Counted from the stretch's first letter, positions 1-13,300 are shown. The stretch is 64,000 nucleotides of DNA from Anthoceros angustus (GCA_010909165.1 MU008156.1:124001-188000); one strand, 5' to 3'. Program-made: numbers and translations. The notes: generated by a model not told the origin, from the letters alone.

Positions 1-3000
1 TTTGGAAGCTTGGCGTCACCCGCGACAAGCTGCGGGCCGGACCTCGGGAAGGAGTCGGAAGGAGTGGAAGGAGAAGAAGGCCGCAGGGGGCAGGGGCCTT
101 GGTGGCGTTGTTCGAGGGGCGGCAGCGGAGAAGGAACCTCGAGGAGGCGAGCCGATCGGCGTGGCGAGGCATGAGGTAAGCCGGCCGCAACCCTCACAGG
201 AGAATAGGAGCGAGGACCTCGAAGGGTAGAGAGGAGGGACCGGACACTCGGGACTGAGGTCCTTATCATGTCCAGGAGCCAAGTCCGAGTCACTCCGGAC
301 CGATCTGGCGGTCCTTAACGGACCGAGAGATGCCCACCACCAGATTTCTGGTGCCTCTCCGGTAGCAGGCATGGGGGAGACACTGCAGCGAGTCACAGCA
401 ACCGTCATGGGCCAGTATGCTCTGGGGGCCTCTGCGGGGCAGAAGACCCAAGTAGAGGCCACCAGAGGCGCATGGTGCTCCTCCGGGAGGCAGTGGAGGC
501 GGCCAAGAAGAAGGCGGAGTCCCTCGCTCGAATCGAGGAGGGAAAGCGTCGAGCGGAGGCGGGAGGTCGTCTATTGACAAGAGGACCAAGGTCCTTGTTG
601 TGCAAGCAGTGAGCGGCATAAAAGGCCCAAGCAGGCGAGAGAACCTATGCGGTGGCGAAGCGGGGCGCAAGGAGAGTTGGAGGAAGCAGAAGGCAGGAGG
701 CGGCTCGAGACACAGTCGGCGGCTCGGCGGGAACAACACCAAGCCCATGACTCGAGGTGAAGGCGGCGCGGGAGGCGGAAGCACAGACTAAGACAAGTGA
801 TCATTACCGAGATCGAAACCGGTGGAGGGAGGCAGCGGGGCGGTAGTGGCTAACTGAAGAAGCGGTGGCGTGGAGGCGAGCCGGACCAGCCGTGCGAGAA
901 GAAAGAGGCCGGCAACAAGGAGATGGAGGATCTCGGGCTCGATTCTGTAGGCGGAGGAGCAGCGGGGAGATGGAAGGCCGCAGGAGACCTTGGAGCTGGC
1001 TCTAAGACACTGTCAGCCAGGAGCTCTTGGGCGTGATCGGCGGTCTCTGGCCGGCGGTGGGGCGGCTCCAGCTACATTGGAGGCGGAGGAGGTAAGGCGA
1101 TGGAACAAGCGGGGCGTCGCCGAAATGGAGAAGGACACGGGCGAAGCACGAAATCGGGAGTTGCCGGACCGCTGGGCTCAGTCCCGATGGAAGGCGGAGG
1201 GGCGTTGCGCCATGGCGGGAAGGCGGAGGTGCGAAGCGAAGAGGCTGGAGGCGGCCAAGAAGGCGGAGGAGAGGCCTCCTGGTGGCCTCGCGAGTCTGCC
1301 CGGCTCAAGCCAGACACAGCAATAGAGGCAGGCCGGCAAGCCGGGCTGACCGCAGCTGCGGAGCACCTATGGCGAAGAGAGTATGGTGCTCGGGCGCATG
1401 TGGAAGGCAATCCGACCGTCGACGGTTTTGCCTACTACCCTGAGCTCCTCAAGGCTTTGGAAGCTTCGCGTCACCCGCGACAACTGGACGGACCTCCGGA
1501 AGGGTCAGAAGGAGTGGAAGGAGAAGAAGGCACGGGGACAGCACCGGGGCCTTGGTGGCGTTGTTCGAGGGGCGGCGGCAGCGGAGAAGGAACCTCGAGG
1601 AGGCGAGCAGCGTCGGCGTGGCAGGGCATGAGGTAAGCCAGCCGCAACCCTCTGGGGAGAATAGGAACGAGGACCTCGAAAGGGGTAGAGAGGAGGGACC
1701 AGGACCTAAGCGGAGGTCCGATGAGTGGGCATGGACCCCAGTCAAGAACCGGAAGTCCGAGAGGCGGAGGTCCGACCCGGTAAAGTTCGGACCGAGGTCC
1801 GAACTCCAGTGAGCGGACCACGAGGTCGGGACTCCAGTTTATAAGGCCGATCCTTGAAGATCGGACCCGGTCGAGACGGACCGAGAGTCCGGACTCGGAG
1901 AGAGGAAGTCACCGACGGCCGCTCGGGAGCTGACCACCTAGTGGTCCCTGAGGCGGGGACCCACTCGAGGGCCGGAGAGGAGGATGTGGTGGTTCTGCAG
2001 CGGTTGTCGAGGGGCCGTGTCAACGACAAGATTCCGGAAGGAAGGGGCCCCTCGCGGATCATCCGATTGGAGTGCCATAGCTCGGTGAGCGAGTTGCGTC
2101 AGGCGGAACCAAGGCACCCTAGGCCCGTAAGAGCGGAGATAGCGAAGGGGAAGATAGTAAGCGGTGATTAGGGCACCAGCCACCCGGTTCGAATAGGAAT
2201 AATAAAGGCGCCGCCCTTGGGCGTAGTATAAGAGGGCCGAGCAGCTCTAGTAAAGTATCTTTCTCTTGGGGTGGATACCGCATTCCCTTGTAGACCCTTG
2301 CGTCTTTTGCTAACGTGAGTCCCTGAGTCACCGGCGGCAGCAGCTCGGGCCCAGTCAAGGTCCCGTGACGGACCCTAACGTGTGGTGGTGTGTGCGAAGC
2401 AGTCGAGGATCCTTGCTGGGAGTCCTGCGGTGGCCCGACGTCAGACGGGCCGGGAACGCGTGAGTGGGGAACTCGGGAGGCGTGCGAGCCGGATGGGCTC
2501 GGCCAGGCAGCGGAGGAGGTCCGAACCACGCGGCCACCGGCTCGAGTGGCGAGGGTAATAAAGGCGCCGCCCTTGGGCGTAGTATAAGAGGGCCGGAGCT
2601 CTAGTAAAGTATCTTTCTCTTGGGGTGGATACCGCATTCCTTATGACACTTGTCGTCTTTTGCTAACGTGAGTCACAGTATTTGGCGAGGCATGACTCGG
2701 AGGCCCAGTCAAGGTCAGTGACGGACCCTAACGTGTGGTGGTGTGTGCGAAGCAGTCGAGGATCCTTGCTCGTCAGGCGGTGGCCCGACGTCAGACGGGC
2801 CGGGCAACGTGGCGGGGAACTCGGGAGGCGTCACGAGCCGGATGGGCTCGGCCAGGCAGCGGAGGAGGGTCAGAACCGCAGCCCACCCGCTCTTTTCCAA
2901 GAAGTGACAAGAGTGTGGGGAGAGGTAGGGAGAGTAGACTAGACGAACGAGGAACGGACTGATCGGGTACTTAAACGTCCTTAAACGTTTGGCCACATTG

Positions 3001-3230
3001 GGCCTATTCGGTGAACGTTAAGAGTGGTTAGTCGTAGAACCGTGCACGCGCATGCTCGGGTCTGAACGGTCGCGACGTGGGGTAAGAATCGGTCGAAAAC
3101 GAGTCCTTAAACGTTTGGCCACACTGGGCCTATTCGGTGAATGTTAAGAGTGGTTAGTCGTAGAACCGTGCACGCGCATGCTCGGGTCTGAACGGTCGCG
3201 ACGTGGGGTAAGAATCGGTCGAAAACATGT
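1..3230. mobile_element. GC-rich TE-like relic (class undetermined, possibly LTR internal/UTR region) with internal duplications
   Basis: 1-235 recurs diverged at ~1454-1690; ~357-bp direct repeat from taataaaggcgcc (2200 and 2557); ~127-bp tandem duplication at ~2970-3230; only short low-complexity ORFs with no recognisable domain. Confidence 0.35.
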
Positions 3231-3858
3231 CACCCGGAGCCTATCATTCTCTTGGGAACCGACCCCTTGCTACAACGACACGGTATTGTGCGCACTCGGC
3301 TGGCCATCAGCGAAAGTCGCGCCACAATATACTAGCCCTTGGCATTGGCATATTCCTAAGATATCCTATTGGCATCAGCATATGCCGGAAATATCCTAAG
3401 AATACACTATAATATGCAAGGAATATGCCAAGCATATTACTTGAGCTTATCCACTTAGCTATTATATCCTAAGAATACACTATAATATGCAAGGAATATG
3501 CCAAAGCATATTACTTGAGCTTATCCACTTAATATTGCTAACCATGTTTAATTAACACTAGTCAATGCTTATAGCCTTAAGCACCTTAGATTAGCTAATA
3601 CTAATTACTTACTTAAGATAAGTAATTAGATTAATTAATGCTAATCAAACACTAAACCCAAGTGCAGAGATTAGTATCACCCGGCATGACAATGCCGGCA
3701 ATGATCATTGATTTGTTTCGATCACGAGACAATTGTCCCATTGCTTCGCTTTGGTAGGTGTGCATTACACCGTTAGCCTTGCAATAGGTGACCACCTCTT
3801 CCCATCGTTCATGGGCCTTCTTATTTTTCTCCTAACGCCACCCAAGAGTCGAGTCAGT

Positions 3859-4240
3859 GGTCAATCTTCTTGGCGGCCTGCAAGATATGAAGTTCTGCAG
3901 GTCCACAACTTTCGAGGTGCCTTGAATGTCCGGGTTCGTGGGAGGAACGTGGTGTCAAATTGTGGGCACAGTGGCCATACCAAGTTGTGAGATTGGGAAG
4001 CATGGAAGCGCAAATCCGGAACAAAGCTAAAGGCAAGGATCGAGCTTGGTGGTCAATCTTCTTGGCGGCCTGCAAGATATGAAGTTCTGCGTGTCCACAA
4101 CTTTCGAGGTGCCTTGATATACACGGTTCGTGGGAGGAACGTGGTGGTCAAATTGTGGACAGGCCTACCAAGTTGTGAGATTGGGAAGCATGGAAGCGCA
4201 AATCCGGCAACAAGCTAAAGGCAAGGATCTTTGAGCTTGT
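3859..4240 (+). repeat. ~192-bp tandem duplication, possibly decayed gag (zinc-knuckle-like NCGHSGH)
   Basis: ggtcaatcttcttggcggcctgcaagatatgaagttctgc at 3859 and 4051; first copy translates ...VSNCGHSGHTKL*. Confidence 0.55.
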
Positions 4241-4633
4241 GGGACAATTAGAAGCGAAGGTTGAAGTCAAAGCGGAGGCTTGAGGCCGACTGCGTCTTGG
4301 GACCCATCGATCAGCCCTCCAAAATCTGCCAATGCAAGTATGGCAACCGCTACACAGACCAAGATGAGTGCAATTGGGCTGCAATCCCTCTAGGGATTGC
4401 AAGCAAATTGAGAAGGAAGCCCCTACACCTCTATCGGCAAAGGCCCGTAGCCTTGCCGCAGAGGTTCCCAGTTCCGGTAGCTCTTGCCTACAATTTCGCT
4501 ACAGGCGGTCTCTTCCGATCATTACGGGAGTTCACATCAACTTCCCCCGTTCCCATTGGCTTTTTGTCGTGAAGTTTCGTTTTGGGGCTGTCAGAAGTTG
4601 CTGGAGGGAAATTGATGTCCATGGAAAGCAGCC

Positions 4634-5107
4634 CTTAGCATGAATCGCTGGGAGTTATGGGCATAGGGCTTAGCATGAATCGCTGGGGGTTATGGGCATA
4701 GGGCTTAGCATGAATCGCTGGGGGTTATGGGTATAGGGCTTAGCATGAATCGCTGGGGGTTATGGGTATAGGGCTTAGCATGAATGGCTGGGGGTTATGG
4801 GTATAGAGCTTAGCATGAATCGCTCGTGGCTCATGGGTTTAGGGTTTAGCTTGAGTTTCACTAAGTCCAAAAAAAGAACATTTCGTTTGTACATAGTCAT
4901 ATATATGGGGTTAGCATGAATCGCTGGGGTTATGGGTTTGGACTTAGTATTGGGGTTAGTGGGGTTATGGGTTTGGACTTAGCATAATCGCTTGGGGTTA
5001 TGGGTATAGGGCTTAGCAAGAATCACTGGGGGTTATGGGTTTAGGGCTTAGCATGAATCGTTGGTGGCTCATGGGTTTAGGGCTTAGCATGAATCGCTGG
5101 TGGCTCA
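4634..5107 (+). repeat. 35-bp minisatellite with telomere-like (GGGTTTA-like) heptamers
   Basis: Unit ttagcatgaatcgctgggggttatgggtatagggc in ~6 near-perfect copies plus degenerate copies; includes gggtttagggtttag at ~4836. Confidence 0.85.
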
Positions 5108-5144
5108 TTCTTGAAGATAGTCCTAAGGGTTTGCGCACAATCAT

Positions 5145-5460
5145 ATGCCGTTCTCCTCTATGCCCAAGGCCTTTTCCATAAGGAGTGTGTGTAGAAAAGG
5201 AAGAGCTCCGCAAACGGAACTCGACCTATGCCATTCTCCTCTATGCCCAAGGCCTTTTCCATAATGAGTGTGTGTAGAGAAGGAAGAGCGCCGCAAACGG
5301 AACTCGGCCCATGCCGTTCTCCTCTATGCCCAAGGCCTTTTCCATAATGAGTGTGGGTAGAGAAGGAAGAGCGCGCAAACGGAACTCGGCCTATGCCGTT
5401 CTCCTCTATGTCTAAGGCCTTGTCCATACTGAGCGTGTGTAGAGAAGGGAGAGCAAACGG
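5145..5460 (+). repeat. 83-bp tandem repeat, ~3.7 copies
   Basis: atgccgttctcctctatgcccaaggcc... starts at 5145, 5228, 5311, 5393. Confidence 0.85.
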
Positions 5461-6159
5461 GACAACGGAATTTTCACACACCGCAAGCAGGGACCCCACC
5501 GCCCCGCCTCCGTATCAGACGGACCGTGAGTGATAGATGCGGTCACTTGTGTCTGTCTGTGGCACGGCTCGGCAAGAGTAGATGCCATGTTGTGATGTCT
5601 TGTACGGCATGGCAGAACCTGCCCAATCATGTGGCGCATACATGTATGTCCAAATAAAGATACCCTGAACTTCTGGTATAAACCCTCATGCTCAAACCCT
5701 ATTGATCAAAACCCTATGTTCAAACCCTCATGTCCAAAGCATGGTTGTAAATTCAATAATTATTGTTTATTTGTTATAATTGATGTATTTGTTATGATTA
5801 ATGTATTATCCCATTGTAAAAACGACCATTGTAAATAACAAGGTCCCGCTGTAAAAGCATGCATCGTAAAGCACCCCCAGTTGTAATTTCTTGTTCCGTA
5901 GTAAAACAATCTCTTATAACCGATGGTGTCTAAATCACTTACCCACATTGTAATGTCTCGTTGAGTAGAAAGCTCAAGTGCCTATGTAGTAAATGACCAT
6001 GGGGTGCCACGTCTTCAAAATAGTTAATGACGAGATACACTTTGTAATAAACTCATGCAGTAAAGTTATGGACTATAGATGACAATAATACATGGATCCA
6101 AAACCCCATAGTAAAAGCATCCAACACTGAACTATTAAAAAGTAGCCCGCTTCCTAGTA

Positions 6160-6506
6160 CCGTACCCCGAGGGGTGTTTCAACAGGATAATGCCGAAATA
6201 ATTATTTTTTGAAAAAATAAGGTTCAACATAAATATTTATATTTTTAAAATTTCAACATTTACAAAAAATAATTTTATCAAATTTCAACATTTATTAAAA
6301 TACATAGGTATATATATAAAACTAATGGATATGTATAGACCTCCCCTAAATAGGCCCTAATTTTCCACACAAACCCTAGTTTCCTTATTTTCGGCATCAT
6401 AAACTCATAAATTTTTACCTATTCAATATTTTAAGTATAATATTTTCTAGATTTTTAATTTTTATTAATTTTAATTAATTAACGCCGAATCACCCCTTGG
6501 GTACGG
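6160..6506. mobile_element. MITE, Tc1/mariner-pogo type (TA target-site duplication)
   Basis: TA|CCGTACCCCGAGGGGTG at 6158-6176 and CACCCCTTGGGTACGG|TA at 6491-6508 form imperfect TIRs; interior is very AT-rich and non-coding. Confidence 0.7.
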
Positions 6507-7051
6507 TAATGAATTTTACTTGATAAATTCATATACTTTATTTATATGATCATATACTTTAGGTGTTAATATGATACTGCATACGTTTTTTTAAATTATC
6601 TTCCACACTTACAACTGTTGTATCTGGGGTCCGGGTTTTAGTGAACGGCCCAACGGGCACGTCGGGCAGCTTTCCCACAGCCGTGAACTTCACCCGCTTA
6701 CGCGCCACCTGCTCTCTTCCATGCCCGAGCCTTCCCAGGCAGGCCTGCACCTATGCAGGTCTCCCCGGCTGCCACAATGGATTGAGTGGAAGGCATGTGA
6801 GGAAGGCTTATTTGCCTGCTGAAGGTTTGCTTCCCTGCTGCCGGTCTCGAGATTATGCCGCTTCTGTAGGGAGGTCTCCTCTAGTCCCCGGGCAGTCAGG
6901 AGACTGCAGGTCTCCTTTGTTGCTGGGCCCAAAGAAATAAGCTGCCTCTTCAGACCTTTTCTTGCAACCTGCTCTTTTAACATGTGCAGGGCAACTTGCG
7001 ATTGAAGGGCAGGTTTCTGTCTTCACCTTGGATCTGCAGTTAGGTGGGAAC

Positions 7052-10000
7052 ATGGCAGATGCTGGCCGCTCTGACAATTCAAACAGCAACGGCAGCACTA
7101 GCAGTTCGCGGTCGACATCAACCGCAGCAACCTCATCTACGGCCCATAATGCGAGATATGATGCAACCGACTGTACCGTGTCTATTATCTTCGGCCAGCG
7201 TGGCCGGCAAAGGCAGCGGCACCACCAGCATCGTAATTCCAGGTCGCGGAGCAGCGTTGCGCGAAGCTCTAGCCAGAACTCAGTTCGTCGGAGTAGGAAC
7301 AGTGATGGTGAGAGGGCTCCGGACCCCAGAGCCAGCGATGGGGTGGAATCCCTAAGGCAATTGGAACAGCCCGAAAGGGCCAGTTTGGGCGACACAGGGT
7401 ACTTCAACGCGCAAGCACCAAGGCTTTTGAGAGACATGTCAGCACCTACGGAAGTGGAGTTTTCGGATGCTGTGTGTCAACTTCTAACAGGGCAGTCATC
7501 TTACAATATCGACAGTGAGGCGCACATGACGCGCAGCGTGAGTCTAGAACTGCTCAGTGACTCTGGTAGCATATCGTTTACGGATGAGGTGGATGAGGAA
7601 GCCAGCACTGACCTTCCGCTGATGGACTATGAAGTGGAGTCACCCGTGGATCGCGAACCTGGCCAAACCGAGGGCCATTCCAGTGATGAGGCATCCTCCA
7701 CCCACAGGGGAGCACCATCCACCGTAGCTGACTGCTCAGGATTGCCAGATTCATCTACTTTAGCTGAGATATTCCGGTGCTTCATCTGCCTTGGAAAGGT
7801 AGGTATTGCCCTGTTTCCCGACGGGGATGCATATTTGGTGACAAACACTGGAATTCATGTGACCCATTTCTGGACCAACTTTGTTGAAGGTAGTGGACGC
7901 TCAGCTCTGTCCCTGCTGTTCCAAGTTGGTTTGCCTGCCATGTATCAAGGTACTCCTGGCCACCCTGATGGCTTCATCGTAGATTTAGTAGGTAGCATTT
8001 CAGCAACTGACAGTGACCTAAATCTTGCAGCGGTGGCTCACCGACCAGAAGTCAGAATGCCCGCACTGTCGATCTCCTCTGCTTGTCTCACAGCTTGTGA
8101 GCTGCAGGTTCATATCAGAAATTTCAACGGTATGCAATGCTTGATTTTGTTGTAATCAGTACGGGATGGTTAGAGAAATAATGGGTGGAGCACCTTTCTT
8201 ATTCTGCACTCATTTGCTGCTTCTGAATTTGTGGTTTTACCTGGTCTTCGCTCAGGAGGTAGAGAAGATGCAAGGGAAACTTGGACATGATGCCATGGAA
8301 AAGGTGCGCATCTTGCAGACTTCCCCGATACATGGTCATTTACTGGGTTATATAACGCACAGCGAGAGGTCTATTGGACACTGTTGCCTCGAGTTTGCAG
8401 CGACGCAGCAGGGGTGAAGTGAAAATGAAGCAGAATCATAGGTTTATCTACGCATGTGGAAAGTCTGTGTGCTGACCCCTCAGCTTGCTTGAACAGCTGT
8501 GTCCAACACATGAGAGCCCTCTATCATATTTCTGCACCTCCTGCTCAGTTGCAGTCTGCTCAGACTGTGCAATATTGGATGAGGTACAACTTTCAGTGCT
8601 GCTTTATTATTAGGTCATAGAAAATCGTTCATCGCTAGGCGGTGCCTCAACTCTTTAATGTGGTAAGTTGACATTGGAATCCGGCAATATGTGCAAGAGT
8701 CCTCAATGGCCTGTGTTCTCAGGAGCACAAAGGTCATACGTTTGAGAGGCTAAGCGTGACATATGGACGACACAAGAAGAAGATTCGAATGGAGGCTGCA
8801 GGCTTGCGTCGTCGTCGAAAAGTAGGTCCTTTCTTCAGCTCTGTTTGTTGTGTTAGCTTGAGAACGATGGTTAATTTTGAGATGATGTGAACTTGTTTTA
8901 ATGTGCCATCAAGAATCTCTAATAGGCTTAAATCCAGGAACTTTCAAAACTCATAGCTTCAGTGGACAAGAACATTGAAGCTGTTCTGAAGGTGATTTAC
9001 TGGAGACTACCTTTTCGTGGCGATCTTCAAGGTGCTAAGCAATGAGTGGACGTTTTTAAAGACAGGACTTCTACTATGCAGGGCAAAGATGAATCTGCGT
9101 CTGAGCTGCACTTGGCGTTCAAAAGGATGCAGGTACATCTCATGGGCTATCCGTCTGACTTGTCTGTTACTGAAACAAAGTCCCATCCATATGATCAAAT
9201 TAGCATATCCTAATTACCCTGGTTTTCTGAGGAAAATGGTGTTCCTTTCTGCAGGCTAGGTTGGAAGAACAGCTAAAGTGTAAATTGTTGGCATTGCTAG
9301 CCCAGAAAGGGTCAATGACACAAGAGGTAATCTGATCTAGTTTGGATTAAGTTTTTTTGGTTGACCCATGACTTGTAGGTTCGTAAAATAGTTCTTCAGC
9401 TGTCAATAATCTTGTTTGGGAAGAATTTGGTTTCCTGAAAAGACTGATAGCTACCGGCTTACTTGGCAGGTAGAGCTTTTGGACACTATCTTGACTGAGC
9501 TGGAACAGCAGCTGAATACAATACCAAGAAGTGATCTCATTGCACAGGAGCCTAACATGAGCCGCATGCTTCAGGTTTGAGTTTTTTGCCGTCTTGGAAT
9601 ATGCTTACTGGTTTTGTAACTTGTGTTTGGACAGAAGACGGCCTCTAGTTTTCTGCTGATGATGCTGATAACCATATGTGATCACTGCAGGACATACATA
9701 CAAGAACCATTTCAGATGTTTCCAGGACTCAAGTGTCTGCAGAGTTTACATCCGAGGTCTGAACAGCACATATCCCTTTGCATGCAAGTTCTGCACTCTG
9801 ATCTCAGGAAGGCAGCTTCAGTGATTACCTGAGCACGTGCAGGTGGTCCCTACTTATGAGTATGGTGAGCTCGTTCTCACGAACTACAAATTGAACATAG
9901 AGAAGACTCAACCTACAGTGTTCTTGTCTACCAGCAGTCAGAATGTCAATGAACCAACAGATTTCACAAGGGACGTTGTCTACAGTGAGGTATCTACACT

Positions 10001-11843
10001 TAGTTTCGGAATCTGGGGCAGGAATGAGCATTAATTTCCAAAATCAATGTTCTGGGCCTTAACTATATTTGTCTGGACATACAGATACTGCGAACCATGG
10101 GAGTCACTTGGCGATTAAAGGTGCATAACTAGTTGTAGCAATCCCTAAAACTACCAGCAACTTGTTTGAGTCTTGACCGACAGCTAACATGGAACTAGAT
10201 TAACGTGAAGTGCGTTTGGAGCTTGATTCTAACATTATAGGGGAAGATTTTTGCCAGGCATTTAACTCCTTGCGTGATTTGCATTTTGACTTCAGGTGTA
10301 TCCCAGTGGTAGTGGATCCTCGCAGGGCACCTACTTATCTGTATTCATGGAGGTTCTGACCTTTCGGAGAAGCTTGTGGCTTAAGCTTTATGCTATCTTG
10401 TCCTTGTACAAGTACTGAAGCCACATACATCTTAATCAGATGGTTGATGGTGGTTCTGAACCTGCAACATATGATTATGGAATAGAAATGCTACATAGAA
10501 CCAAGCCTCACCAACGAGTTATAAGGAAATTTTCATCGGATTTTGAGGTAGGACTTGTTGTCTGGTGACGTGTTGCTACCTGAAGATTGAATATCTTCGA
10601 AGTGAATGCTTGATAGTACTGACGCTGTCCTTCACAGGCCGGTGCTTGCTGGGGATACTATCAGTTCTACAGGATTGACCTTCTGGAAAAGGAGGGCTAT
10701 CTCCTCCCTGAGGAAGACACATTGACGCTTCGGTTCTATGTCCGAGCCCTCACGTAAGCTCCAGCCGCTTTATCCGTTGCTCGTGAAAAAGTAAACAAGT
10801 TCGTTTCGCTTGCAGATTTTCTCAGCAGAATCAGGATCTGCAGCGTGTCTTGGCAAGAATGCAACTTGAACGAGACAATGCTAATGAGCAGGTGGATATA
10901 TATCATGAGAGTTTCTCCTTTCAATTTGGGTATTTGCAAGTTATCCAGATATGCACGATGGCCTGGAATCTGTGTAGACCATACAGCAGAGGTAATGAGG
11001 TTCAAGTTTGGCCCACATGAATGACACAGATTTGTTCAGGTGGCTCTATTGCGGAGGGCATTCACTGCCACAGTTGGACAGCGGCGTCGAAGAAGGGGCA
11101 CACGAGTGCGTGAATTTCAAGGTGCCGTACCTCGTGCAGTTGCAGGTGTGGTGACGAGCGACAACTTACCCAAACCAGGCACTAAAAGCCTATCTGTCAC
11201 AAGGCAGCAACATCAGAGAAAGCAGGATAGTAGCTGCAAAAAATCCAGCAAATGCGCACAGGAGATGTGGTCCCAAGGCGGCAGTAGATGCAGGTCAGCA
11301 ACAAACCCAGAGATCAGGAACATCCTTAGAATGGGAGATGCAAGAAGACGAGATGTCATCTCCGATTGGGAAAGGCTTGCCCGATTTGGCAAGGAATTCC
11401 AGGGCGTAGTTGTAGATGTAGAGCCTGCTGAAGCAAATCCTTGCGGAACGGGTTACAGAGAGGATGGGGAAGTCACAGCTGTAGATGGATACAGGCAAGC
11501 ACTCACAGAGGAATCAAGGAGGAGCGCCGACGGAACTGAAGTTCAGTTGGACAGGCAAGTGCACCTGCAGTCAACTGAAAGGAGAAGTACAACGAAGAAG
11601 AACTGCGAAAGCCGGCGACAAACTCGTGCATCCACGAGTTCCAAGTTGTTTGACGAGGAGAAGGCACTGGCTGCATCTGCGGAAAAGGCTGCCACAGTGG
11701 AGAGCTTTTCAAGCAGCTGTGACTTCAAACAGGAGTTCTCAATAGATATGCTGCAGCTTAAGCCTGGAGATGAGCAGCCACAATTGAGCGATCGCTCGGA
11801 TGACTCATGTGCCGGCGGCAATCATATAGATATTACAGTATGA
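7052..11843 (+). CDS. TRIM37: TRIM37-like E3 ubiquitin ligase (RING, B-box, coiled coil, MATH/TRAF), multi-exon
   Basis: Manually spliced exons: LAEIFRCFICLGK|VVDAQLCPCCSKLVCLPCIK|RWLTDQKSECPHCRSPL (RING); LCPTHESPLSYFCTSCSVAVCSDCA|EHKGHTF (B-box); GVTWRLK|VYPSGSGSSQGTYLSVFME|...IRKFSSDFE|AGACWGYYQFYRIDLLEKEGYL...TLRFYVR (MATH). These are collinear with human TRIM37 as recalled; ends in long low-complexity exon 11040-11843. Confidence 0.85.
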
Positions 11844-12004
11844 TCCAGTTGATGGCTACTGCTGGACTTCTGAAAACGAAGGCCTTGGGCGCTGATGCTG
11901 CCGATTCCTGCGTCTGGTGGTCAAGGGATGGTATATGTGGTCAACAATAGAGGCGTAAATTTGGCTTGCAAGGCTCTCGCTTGAACTTATGAGGCCTGTT
12001 CCTC

Positions 12005-12052
12005 TGGCCTGCGTCTCAATCTCGATTCCGACGGAGATTGAGACGCAGGCCA
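12005..12052. other. Perfect 19-bp inverted repeat with 10-nt loop
   Basis: tggcctgcgtctcaatctc (12005-12023) and gagattgagacgcaggcca (12034-12052) are exact reverse complements. Confidence 0.9.
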
Positions 12053-13300
12053 AACGGCACGTACGGCCTTACTCTTGTCGCACGTTGGCGACCACCGACT
12101 GCCGGCGGGGCCATGGGGTCATCGCCTTATTCATGTCCCACATTGGCGACTCAGACTGCCTTCAGGTGTCGAAGCCGGCGAGGGTGTGGGGCATCGCATT
12201 CACATCCATGCAGATTGGGGTATTCTTGAACTCACCTCCTCTGTACACGAAACAGAGGAGCTGTCTTCAAAAACATCGCACTCACATCGATGCTTGAGAG
12301 TGTCGAGTGGATATTCTTGCGCAGCAATGAAGTGTACATAAGTCATGGATTCTCCACCTCCTGGAAGGTGTATCCCAGCTTGTCAAGATAAAGAGCGTCA
12401 GCCGCCGTGAGCCTCAGAATCATAGACTAATGCTTAGAAAACCCTAAGGTTAGACCTGATAGAGGACTTCTATGTTATGGTAGTTTCTAAGTCTGTAGCT
12501 CTCTCTCTCTAAACATGATGGACCGAATCGCGTGTGCTGAAGACTTGTCGACTCCTATGGATCCCAGTCATACAGTCATACTTGGGAGACGTACACGCTA
12601 CACAGTGGAGACACCACGTGGTCAGGGTTACCTTGTTGGCAATGCTTCACACGGCACATCTCCAAAGCTAACTGGAGCTCCCATACCTGGTGATACCTGG
12701 ATACGTATGTAGCACTCGGGCTCCAAGTTGTTCCGGTGGCAGCAAGCACCTTGTTGGCTACGTCTTCGCTTCTCCAATTCATACAGATCGCGTGACACTG
12801 AGATTTCGGACCCACAGAGCGTTTCAGTATAAAATTTCCAGCAGAGCAGCAGCAGCTCCCACGGCGTCCTCAACAATGAATTGAGTCCAGGGCTAACATC
12901 TTCCTTGTACAGACAACAGGCTGAGCGGAACGAGGGTCAGAAGGTCCCTGATACTCAGTTTCGAAGATGTCGGCCGACGTGGTCAGGTCTTTCCTTCCTG
13001 AGACATCAAATCTTCTGCTCTCCAGCTCCTGGTTGCAACCCGTTTGGCTCCAGGCCTTTCCAGACTACGTTGCGGAAGCTTGTCCAACTCCCTCGTTCTC
13101 AGTCTCTGTAAGTTTGGTTTTCCTGGGCAGGATGCAATGAGAGCCTGGTGTCCTCACTGATGCTGACGACCTGAACATTCTGACTGTTTTTTCTTCTTTT
13201 TTTGATACATTCTGACTGTTGAAACCCCCATAGAGTTGCAAGAAGTGAAGAAGGGCTGTTGTTGTTAACACAGTTGTTACTCTCTCCTATGTGATATGCC

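Noticed and set aside
2174-2181. TGGTGCCC on the minus strand as an LTR primer-binding site
   Set aside because: No adjacent LTR end or matching second LTR identified
4634-5460. CRISPR-like appearance of the 35-bp repeats (and the 34- and 46-bp repeats at 37.2-37.5 kb)
   Set aside because: Head-to-tail tandem units without unique spacers, no cas genes, eukaryotic context
12075-12341. HSP20-like phrase RLPSGVE...IHADWGILELT
   Set aside because: Too short and weak, with no proper start or upstream domain
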